A DNA stretch of 64,000 nt, taken from assembly GCA_025451045.1 (NCBI GenBank), contig JANWLD010000001.1, forward strand, positions 133,812-197,811, given 5' to 3'. The first letter of the stretch is position 1, and every line of letters begins with the position of its first letter. The position numbers were made by a program, and so were the translations under genes. Shown here one piece after another: positions 31,655 to 39,552 of the stretch. The notes under the pieces are model-generated. The model had not been told where the DNA came from. It worked only from the letters and a program-made list of their open reading frames with translations, and ran no database searches. This stretch comes from Candidatus Saccharimonadales bacterium (lineage in GTDB: Bacteria > Patescibacteriota > Saccharimonadia > Saccharimonadales > 2-12-FULL-41-12).

Positions 31655-33196
31655 ATGGCCATAGCAGTACAATCAATCAATCCAAGTCCTGAACTTTTAT
31701 CAGGAGCGCGCTTGGAATTGATTGAAGGCGGAGCGGAAACTACATCTTTTCAAACCGGATTAGAGGCTACTCCTAGATCGCGTGAAGAATGCATGCTTGC
31801 TGACGTTGACGACTTGGCCCGATTTCGTTCGGCTGACGGCGGGTCTTATGATCAGAGCGCCTTGGATAGCATTCTTCAGAATAAAGTCACCGCTGTCGAG
31901 GAAGGGGCTATTCCTCATAAGATCTCGGAAGTCAGGCACCAATGGATAGCTTCGCCGGAAGACAAAAAAAGCGGCGTGATAATGGATTTGGGCCGAACTG
32001 CTGTACAAACCGCTATGCGAGGACGGCTATTTTACCAGTACGATGAATCATTAGCCCGCTGTGACGAGGAAGTAGCCTATGCCGCTTATAATCAAGAAAA
32101 CCTGGAAGCTGGCGTTGCCCATGTGATGATCGCCCCGCGGATGACCCGAAAGGACGCCTCGCTTGAAGTGGCTAAAAAAGAGGGCTTGGCCGAGGCTGAC
32201 TCAATTCAGATAAATTATCTGGACGCGAACGAGGCAGTAACTAAAAGCATCTTAGCACCGGATGTACCCATTCAGGCTTGGGTTGATTGGCTGGCTGATC
32301 CTGATAACCTAGCTAGAAAATCAATAGGCGTGGAAGATCCTGAATCGGCTTTGTCGGTAATGCGGACTTTTTCGCAGCTTAATATTCCATTGGAAAAATT
32401 GCCTGAAGGGCCGGTAACTATTTTAGAGTCAGTTTTACCGCATATTAAAGACTTAGAAGCTTATCAAAAAGTACTTGGCCATATCCAAGAATTTCGCGGT
32501 AATCAGGAAGAGAAAGGCGAGATAGCCTTGAACTTTGCCACACGCTGGCGGGACTTTGATATTGCTCTTGACCAAAGTGATCGGACAGGTTTTGTCAGTG
32601 ATGAAGTCGAAGACTTCATTTACAGCCTGAAGGACCGCTGGAGCGACGAGGACCAGACTCTTATAGATAACCACAAGATAATTTCTAGCAACGGAGCGGC
32701 TCATGTAATGACCCGCGAGCTGGCAATTGTCCTGCAAAACGCCAAGCGCAATATGATTCTAACCAGCGCCGCGGTAGTTGCCGGTAACAGCCAAGTACTC
32801 AAACAAATTGATCCGGAAATAGCATCGTACATTTACCAGGTTGAAAAAAAGGCCCAGGAAGAACCGGGAGCAATAGCGACCATGGAGTTAATGGCTCGGA
32901 TGAACAGTTTGATTGCCAGTCAGAACGTTAAGGTTGGCGGAGGATGCTCCGGAATAAATGAAGCCAACTTTCGTACAAACGGTGAATTTAATATGGAAGT
33001 TGATTTAAGCGGTATGTCGGAAAGTATGATAGATCGCTTAAAAAAGGAAGCAGAGGAAGTAGACGAGGATGGCTTAACCTTGAAATGTGTTAATTGTCCG
33101 GAGTGCACCACCTTCCATGATGAAGTTAAAAAGGAAAACGGTAAATATTATTGTAAAAACAGCGGCTGTAAGCTCAGCAAGAGAAAAAATAAGTAA
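31655..33196 (+). CDS. Hypothetical acidic protein with C-terminal Cys cluster (Zn ribbon)
   Basis: 513-aa ORF, AAGAGG SD, CVNCPEC...CKNSGC at the C-terminus. Confidence 0.8.
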   Translation: MAIAVQSINPSPELLSGARLELIEGGAETTSFQTGLEATPRSREECMLADVDDLARFRSADGGSYDQSALDSILQNKVTAVEEGAIPHKISEVRHQWIASPEDKKSGVIMDLGRTAVQTAMRGRLFYQYDESLARCDEEVAYAAYNQENLEAGVAHVMIAPRMTRKDASLEVAKKEGLAEADSIQINYLDANEAVTKSILAPDVPIQAWVDWLADPDNLARKSIGVEDPESALSVMRTFSQLNIPLEKLPEGPVTILESVLPHIKDLEAYQKVLGHIQEFRGNQEEKGEIALNFATRWRDFDIALDQSDRTGFVSDEVEDFIYSLKDRWSDEDQTLIDNHKIISSNGAAHVMTRELAIVLQNAKRNMILTSAAVVAGNSQVLKQIDPEIASYIYQVEKKAQEEPGAIATMELMARMNSLIASQNVKVGGGCSGINEANFRTNGEFNMEVDLSGMSESMIDRLKKEAEEVDEDGLTLKCVNCPECTTFHDEVKKENGKYYCKNSGCKLSKRKNK

Positions 33197-33698
33197 AAAG
33201 ATCGGATTATTCGCGGGGGTTTTTGACCCGATACATTTGGGACACACCGATTTCATTGCTCGTGCGATAAAAGAAAACGATTTGGACAAAGTTTACGTTT
33301 TGGTAGAGCGTGAACCAAAGTATAAAACCTGTATTGCTGGATACGTTGACCGCTTGGAAATGGTCAAACTCGCCATCGCCGAAATCTCGCAAGCTGAAAT
33401 ATATGAATCAAAAGCCGGGTCTTTTCCGCTCACAGCGTCTCTGCCGGAAATAAAGAAATCTAACCCGGACGCGAAGCTGTTTATATTGGCCGGCGCTGAC
33501 GTAGCAAAGCATATAAACGAATGGGAAAATGCGCGCGAGCTGCTGGAAGGCATTGAGCTGATAGTAGCGGATCGCACTGAATCTGAAACATATGGTCGGG
33601 TTTCTTCGCTAAAAATCCGACGAAAGATAACTGCCGGTGAAAAGCCTGAACTGGCTCAGGGAGTATTAGACTACGCTCAGACTCGCAAGCTTTATTGA
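33117..33698 (+). CDS. nadD: Nicotinate-nucleotide adenylyltransferase-like protein (start uncertain)
   Basis: IGLFAGVFDPIHLGH, RLEMVKLAI, LAGAD and VSSLKIR motifs. Confidence 0.8.
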   Translation: MMKLKRKTVNIIVKTAAVSSAREKISKKIGLFAGVFDPIHLGHTDFIARAIKENDLDKVYVLVEREPKYKTCIAGYVDRLEMVKLAIAEISQAEIYESKAGSFPLTASLPEIKKSNPDAKLFILAGADVAKHINEWENARELLEGIELIVADRTESETYGRVSSLKIRRKITAGEKPELAQGVLDYAQTRKLY

Positions 33699-35389
33699 TC
33701 TTCTTTGACTATCGGGGCATGGGTTTCCAGATGCACCAAGTGGCGGTCGCGGAATTTTTTAAACTCGCTCTTTTTCAGGCCGACCCTTTTGATAAAAGCA
33801 CCGATTTTTTCACTGCCGATGTAATGCGGAATCATCACATAGCTGGCGCCAAGGTCATAAAGCTCGGTAGCCTGATGGACGTTGTCACCATGACATATAA
33901 ACACTGCGGCAGGATTGATTTTCTCCAGTAAATTCACCAAAAAGACGTTAGTGCTGTGGTCAGAAATTGTTGAAACCACCAGCTTAGCTTTTTCAATCTG
34001 TGCTTCATCCAACAGTTCGGTATCAGTAACGTCGCCATATAAGTAATCTATTTTCTGGTGTTGCATTAGGTCTATTATCTCTGGGTCATAATCGACCACT
34101 AAAAAGCGGTGTTTCATCTGCTGGAAGATGTTCACGAATTCATGTCCGCCGTGGTGATAGCCCAGCAGGATTATCGGATAGCTGCTGGCTCGCTTGCTTT
34201 CGCGGAACGTAACCTCTTTTTCAAACATATGAAGCTTTATCCGGTCGAAATAACGGAACAATTCGTCATCGTATTGCATGAGATAAGTCGAGGTGGCGAT
34301 GGTTATGATAGCCACCAAGGTAATTATCGCGCCGATTTCCGGCCGCACCAGACCGCTGCTGATTGACAGCACCACCAATACGATTGAAAATTCGCTGATT
34401 TGCGACAGGTTGATACCGGTCTTAAAACTTACTCGCTTGGTATAACCGAAAATTCCCATCGAAGCGGTAACTACCATCGGTTTCACAACTATGACTATCA
34501 GTGACAATAGAAGCGCCGGCAGGATACCGTCTGCAAGGTTTTGGGTATTCAGGCTTTCTCCCAGCGTGATAAAGAATATAACTACGAAAAAATCCCGGAG
34601 CGGTTTAAGCCGAGAAGCTATTTCCTGAACATACGGCGACGAGGCTAAGGCTACGCCGGCAAACAGGGCGCCAACTTCTATTGAAAAACCAGAAGCATTG
34701 AACAGCGAGGCGATGCCAAATCCCCAACTGATGGCAAATAAAAACAACAGCTCCTGGGTTTCGGCCATATAGCGTGAAACCTTGGGCAGCAGCTTGGTGC
34801 TGCAAATCGCCAGAAATGAAAGCAGTAACAACCCCTTGCCTAAAAGCAGCGCTATCTCATCAGCCTGCAGACTGTTGCCGTTCTTGCCGGCCACTACGAA
34901 CAGCAGGGCAAAGGTGGCAACGATGTCATCCAGCAGTATTACGCCGATGGCAATTTGCCCGTGCAGGCGGTTTTGTTCTTTCTTGTCGGATAATATCTTG
35001 ACAATAATAATCGTACTGCTGAAAAACAGCGCCAAACCGGTTATCAATGCTTCAGTTTTAGAAAAGCCGAGCAGTGAACTGGTACCAAAGCCTACCAGTG
35101 TTATGGTAAAGAGAGTTACTGTGGCTACGAAAGTTACAACGCCGCCGAGTTTTCTTAGTTCTGATACGTTCAGCCCTAGTCCAATAATGAATAGCAAAAG
35201 GGCAATGCCTATTTCGGAAAAAACTTCGAATAATTCCGGCGATTGTATAAGGCCTAGAACTGATGGCCCGACTAAAAGTCCAGCTAGAATATAAGCAAGT
35301 ATCAGCGGCTGGCGGATTAGACGCATAAACAAGGCAATAGCGGCTGTTACGATTATGACCAGGCTCAACTGGCTGAATACAGAATCCAT
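33692..35389 (-). CDS. CPA2/Kef-type cation:proton antiporter with TrkA-N domain
   Basis: LLLFIIGL, FSSTIIIVK, SQISEFS and a C-terminal VVDYDP-YGDV RCK domain. Confidence 0.92.
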   Translation of the reverse strand: MDSVFSQLSLVIIVTAAIALFMRLIRQPLILAYILAGLLVGPSVLGLIQSPELFEVFSEIGIALLLFIIGLGLNVSELRKLGGVVTFVATVTLFTITLVGFGTSSLLGFSKTEALITGLALFFSSTIIIVKILSDKKEQNRLHGQIAIGVILLDDIVATFALLFVVAGKNGNSLQADEIALLLGKGLLLLSFLAICSTKLLPKVSRYMAETQELLFLFAISWGFGIASLFNASGFSIEVGALFAGVALASSPYVQEIASRLKPLRDFFVVIFFITLGESLNTQNLADGILPALLLSLIVIVVKPMVVTASMGIFGYTKRVSFKTGINLSQISEFSIVLVVLSISSGLVRPEIGAIITLVAIITIATSTYLMQYDDELFRYFDRIKLHMFEKEVTFRESKRASSYPIILLGYHHGGHEFVNIFQQMKHRFLVVDYDPEIIDLMQHQKIDYLYGDVTDTELLDEAQIEKAKLVVSTISDHSTNVFLVNLLEKINPAAVFICHGDNVHQATELYDLGASYVMIPHYIGSEKIGAFIKRVGLKKSEFKKFRDRHLVHLETHAPIVKEDQ

Positions 35390-35514
35390 CTAAAAACGGC
35401 TCCCTGCTGTTGCCTGCAAAATATTCAAATCAGGTTTTGTTTTCATATATTCCACGCTAATATTAGTAGTGTATCAAACTTAACCGGTTTATTTAGGACA
35501 AATACAGTTTAAAC

Positions 35515-35997
35515 ATGAAAAATATATTCAGGATTTTCTCAGCCAAGGTTTCCGCGATTACGGGTACAGCCTATACTTTCGTTTTTGCGCTGCTAATAGT
35601 CATTATCTGGGCTGCCAGCGGTCCGTTATTTGATTTTTCAAACACTTGGCAGCTGGTAATCAATACCGGCACGACCATCATCACTTTCCTAATGGTATTT
35701 TTGATTCAAAATACTCAAAATCGTGATAGCAAAGCCATGCAGTTAAAACTGGATGAACTTATCCGCGCGACCCAGGCCCGCGATGCTTTTGTTGACCTGG
35801 AAGACCTGAGCGATGACGAACTGGACCAATTGGATAAGGAGTTTCGTGAGCTTCATGACAAGCAGTCTACCGGCGCGGTAATGAAGCGGTTGCACAAATC
35901 GGTTGAACTTGAACACGAAATCAGAAAAAGCGGCGCGCGCCGTTCAACCGAAAAGCTCAATGAGTTAATTCACAAACTAAAAAGCATAGATTCATAA
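35515..35997 (+). CDS. Low-affinity iron permease (Fet4-like) family protein
   Basis: WQLVINTGTTIITFLMVFLIQNTQNRD-KLDELI signature. Confidence 0.9.
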   Translation: MKNIFRIFSAKVSAITGTAYTFVFALLIVIIWAASGPLFDFSNTWQLVINTGTTIITFLMVFLIQNTQNRDSKAMQLKLDELIRATQARDAFVDLEDLSDDELDQLDKEFRELHDKQSTGAVMKRLHKSVELEHEIRKSGARRSTEKLNELIHKLKSIDS

Positions 35998-36117
35998 ATT
36001 AAGCATTAGCTTGACATAAAGTTGGTTTTTTGCGATTATAAAACGGCTTTAATATTTGGTGGAGCCAGATACTAAAAGACAAAAAATTACAAAAATAAAA
36101 ATCTGGGGAGCTATTTA

Positions 36118-36210
36118 GTGCCTATTAAGGTTTTAATTACGCCGTCGCGCCGGGCGGTAGTGAATGTACGGGTCAAACGTCCGAAGTGGCGCAATTTTCT
36201 TATGTATTAA
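36118..36210 (+). CDS. Putative 30-aa basic small protein
   Basis: GTG start 7 nt after GGGGAG; TTGACA-17-GATTAT upstream; fills an otherwise empty gap. Confidence 0.5.
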   Translation: MPIKVLITPSRRAVVNVRVKRPKWRNFLMY

Positions 36211-36222
36211 GACAGCTTCGAG

Positions 36223-36861
36223 CTATTTGTTAGCGGAAATCTGTTCGTCAATGACTTGTTTGAAGCCGGCCAAGTCAGTCGGATTTTCTATTTTCTTGCC
36301 GTTAAGAATGAAAGTTGGTGTTGCGGTTACACCTATGGCTTGGCCCTCTTTGATGTCGGCGTTGATGATAGAAGATACTTCCTCGCTGGCCACGTCGGTC
36401 TTGAACTGTTCTACATTCAGGCCTAACTGCGTGGCGTAACTTTCAAAAATGGTTGAAACGTTGCCGGCATTGGCCCAACTATCCTGGTTTTCATAGAGCA
36501 GGTCATGCATTTCGAAATACTTGTCCTGTTTGCCGGCGGCTTCTGCGGCCCGGGCGGCCTCAAAAGCATGGGGGTGTATCTGATTAAGCGGATAATTCCT
36601 GAACTGGAAGGTTATTTCATCGCCATAAGCCTGCTGGACTTGTTTGACTATCGGATAATAATTTTTGCAGAAAGGGCACTGGTAATCGCCGTATTCTATT
36701 AAAATCACCCCTTTAGTACCTTTGCCTTCTTTATGCTCGCTTGGCTGGACTGAAGACGCTGAATTTGATTTGCTGGTATCTGATTTTTTGGTGAAGCTGA
36801 AAACAGCGAAAAGGCCAAGTATAACCACCACTACTACGGCAATGAATTGTTTGTTCACCAA
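36223..36861 (-). CDS. DsbA/thioredoxin-fold disulfide oxidoreductase
   Basis: EYGDYQCPFC and GVTATPTF motifs; N-terminal anchor. Confidence 0.92.
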   Translation of the reverse strand: MVNKQFIAVVVVVILGLFAVFSFTKKSDTSKSNSASSVQPSEHKEGKGTKGVILIEYGDYQCPFCKNYYPIVKQVQQAYGDEITFQFRNYPLNQIHPHAFEAARAAEAAGKQDKYFEMHDLLYENQDSWANAGNVSTIFESYATQLGLNVEQFKTDVASEEVSSIINADIKEGQAIGVTATPTFILNGKKIENPTDLAGFKQVIDEQISANK

Positions 36862-36935
36862 ATACTCCCTTTTATTAAGCTATTAATAATATACCCTGAT
36901 TTGTCGCCAACAAAAAACCCGCCTAAAATAAAACT

Positions 36936-37844
36936 ATGGCCGAGCTAGCACTATTCTTTATCTGCATCCTCTGTGTCAGCTTGATAAAGTCCTACAAACA
37001 TCTCTCCGTTTCGCCCGGAGATAGTCGGAATAGGGCGCCTGCCCATCTCTACCGCACACTTAAACACCTGGATTTTGTTAGAGCTATCCTTGAGGGTATT
37101 TTAATAGCGGCTTTTTCATTGTTTGCGATAAACGCGGCTTTTTCACTGGAAGTCGTTTGGTCGTTTCCGCTCATATTTGCCGGATTAATATTAGTTTTTA
37201 TTGTGTTGCCCAAGGTTGCGCCGACCAATCCGGAAATTAAGTTGGCTGAACTTTTATCCAGACCGCTATCTTATTTGCTGGATAAACTAAAAGTGCCGAT
37301 AGCGGTCGCTGAAAAACTACTGGCTAATACCAGCCGTAATATCAATAAGCCCGAACCGATAAGCCGGGAAGCACTTAAGTCTATTTTGCAGGAACAGATT
37401 AATATATCAAAACCTGAATCTGCCGCCGGATTGAGGATGGCCATAGCGGCCTTGCAGCTGGATTCGGAAAAAGCCGGTCATTTCATGGTTCGCCTGCACA
37501 AGACAAAATTTGTCAGCCAAAACGATAAAGTCGGGCCGGTGCTTTTAAGCGAACTTCATGACAGCGGCCGGAAAGTCTTTCCGGTAAAAGACAAAGACTT
37601 AAACATAGTCGGTATTGTCCAGTTGGACAGTTTAAGTGAGCTGAAAACCGGCGGTAAGGTCGGCGATGTTTTAAGCCCGAAGATGATAGTCGTAAATACA
37701 AGCGATTCGGCCATGTCAGTTATCAGAAGATTTAACGAATCGGCAGCTGAGATAATGTTTGCCAAAGATGAAACGGGTGAACCGGTTGGCGTTATTTACC
37801 TTGAAGATGTCCTTGCTAAATTTACCGACGCGGCGGATGATTAA
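36936..37844 (+). CDS. CBS-domain membrane protein (CNNM/TlyC-like, divergent)
   Basis: N-terminal TMs, SGRKVFPV and GVIYLEDVL CBS pair. Confidence 0.78.
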   Translation: MAELALFFICILCVSLIKSYKHLSVSPGDSRNRAPAHLYRTLKHLDFVRAILEGILIAAFSLFAINAAFSLEVVWSFPLIFAGLILVFIVLPKVAPTNPEIKLAELLSRPLSYLLDKLKVPIAVAEKLLANTSRNINKPEPISREALKSILQEQINISKPESAAGLRMAIAALQLDSEKAGHFMVRLHKTKFVSQNDKVGPVLLSELHDSGRKVFPVKDKDLNIVGIVQLDSLSELKTGGKVGDVLSPKMIVVNTSDSAMSVIRRFNESAAEIMFAKDETGEPVGVIYLEDVLAKFTDAADD

Positions 37845-37891
37845 CGCGCAGCTTGGAATAACAGTGGTAGACATGCTATAGTAGCCTTCAA

Positions 37892-39205
37892 ATGACTAGA
37901 GTTTTAAGTTCGGATATAAAAAACCATATCGGCAAGAAAATAAAAGTCCGGGGCTGGTTGCATAAGAAGCGTATGCTGGGCGGACTTAACTTTATCAATG
38001 TCCGCGATCGACGCGGCTTGACGCAGATTTTGATACAGGACAAAGACGAAATTGAAAAGTTGCGCGGGATGCAAGTTGGGACAGTATTATCAATAGAAGG
38101 CGAGGTAGTCAAAGACGAACGAGCACCAAACGGTGCTGAAATCCACGAGCCTAAAATAACCGTTGAAGTTGAAGTAACCGAAGAACCGCCGATTGAAATT
38201 GACAAGCCGATTGATCACAAACCGGAAAACTTGGATACCCTTTTTGAATATCGGGCTTTGAGCCTTCGTAACTTACAAGAACAGAAAGTCTTTAAAATTC
38301 GCGCCTCAATGCTTAGGTACATCCGGGAATATTTGACCGAACATGAGTTTGTCGAAATCCAGACACCAAAACTTTTGGCTGGCGCGACCGAGGGCGGCGC
38401 CGAAGTTTTCAAGCTGGATTATTTTGGACAAGAAGCGACACTAGCCCAAAGCCCGCAACTTTATAAGCAGATGCTGGTTGGCACTTTTGAACGGGTCTTT
38501 GAAATTGCTCCGGCTTTTAGGGCTGAGCTGAGCGCCACTACCCGTCATATGAGCGAGGTGATGATGCTGGATATCGAAATGGGTTTTGCGCGTGACCATG
38601 ACGAAGTGCTGGACTTGGTCGGTGATATGACCATCAGCGTTTTAAAAAAGGTGTATAAAGAACATGCTGATGACGTAAAATCAATTAATGCGCCAGAGTT
38701 GGTTGTAGCTGATAAAGTACCGAAATTCACAGTCGCTGAGATACACGAACTTTATACCAAAGCTAATAAAACCGATACGACAGACGAAAAGGACTTAACG
38801 CCGGACGAAGAACGTTGGATATGCGAATACGCTAAGAAAAAGCATGGTTCGGAACTGGTCTACGCCATCGATTTTCCAATGCAAGCCATGAAGTTCTATC
38901 ATAAGATTAATCCTGATAATCCAAAAACCGTGCTTTGGGGCGATTTACTTTTCCGGGGTCTCGAAATCGCTACCGTGCCAATGCGTGAAAACCGTTATGA
39001 AACGCTGGTGGAGCAGATGAAGAGAGCCGGAGTAGATGTTAAACATCCCGGCTACAAATATTTCCTTCAAGCCATGAAGTTTGGGTTGCCGACGCATGGC
39101 GGCTGCGGCTATGGCATCGACAGATTAGTTGAAAAAACTTGTGGCCTTAAAAATGTTAAAGAAGCTACACTATTCCCCCGCGATATCAACCGGCTAGCTC
39201 CGTAG
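37892..39205 (+). CDS. aspS: Aspartate--tRNA ligase, short non-discriminating/archaeal-type
   Basis: OB-fold VRGW-RDR, LAQSPQLYKQ, FRAE and GYGIDR-LFPRD motifs; 437 aa with no GAD insert. Confidence 0.92.
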   Translation: MTRVLSSDIKNHIGKKIKVRGWLHKKRMLGGLNFINVRDRRGLTQILIQDKDEIEKLRGMQVGTVLSIEGEVVKDERAPNGAEIHEPKITVEVEVTEEPPIEIDKPIDHKPENLDTLFEYRALSLRNLQEQKVFKIRASMLRYIREYLTEHEFVEIQTPKLLAGATEGGAEVFKLDYFGQEATLAQSPQLYKQMLVGTFERVFEIAPAFRAELSATTRHMSEVMMLDIEMGFARDHDEVLDLVGDMTISVLKKVYKEHADDVKSINAPELVVADKVPKFTVAEIHELYTKANKTDTTDEKDLTPDEERWICEYAKKKHGSELVYAIDFPMQAMKFYHKINPDNPKTVLWGDLLFRGLEIATVPMRENRYETLVEQMKRAGVDVKHPGYKYFLQAMKFGLPTHGGCGYGIDRLVEKTCGLKNVKEATLFPRDINRLAP

Positions 39206-39207
39206 TA

Positions 39208-39501
39208 ATGGTTAAAAAAGCCTTCGCCGTCTTTGTTATCTTCACAACCCTGTTTATTAGTATGTCCGCGCAACTAGTTAATGCCCAAACTTCAAACGAT
39301 GATTTGAGCCCGAAATCGCAGCAGTATATTGACAACTTGAACGAATTAAAAGAAGCACAAAATAACGGCCAGCCTGTCAATGATTCTTCAGCGACATCGA
39401 ACCAGGGCACCAGCGTATGGACTTACGCGTTTTACGGGGCTCTTAGCGGGGCGGCTTATGCCTTTTGGCGTTGGCTTAAGAAACTCAGAAACCGCGGCTA
39501 A
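39208..39501 (+). CDS. Small exported protein with C-terminal TM and basic tail
   Basis: Signal peptide ending VNA, C-terminal hydrophobic helix, then KKLRNRG. Confidence 0.65.
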   Translation: MVKKAFAVFVIFTTLFISMSAQLVNAQTSNDDLSPKSQQYIDNLNELKEAQNNGQPVNDSSATSNQGTSVWTYAFYGALSGAAYAFWRWLKKLRNRG

Positions 39502-39552
39502 AAGACCCCTAATTTGCTATAATACAAGCGTTAAACAGATGACATAAAAACT

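Noticed and set aside
36152..36163. ops/JUMPstart element (GGCGGTAG)
   Set aside because: Lacks the terminal TG of GGCGGTAGnnTG, lies inside a likely small ORF and is not ahead of a long operon.
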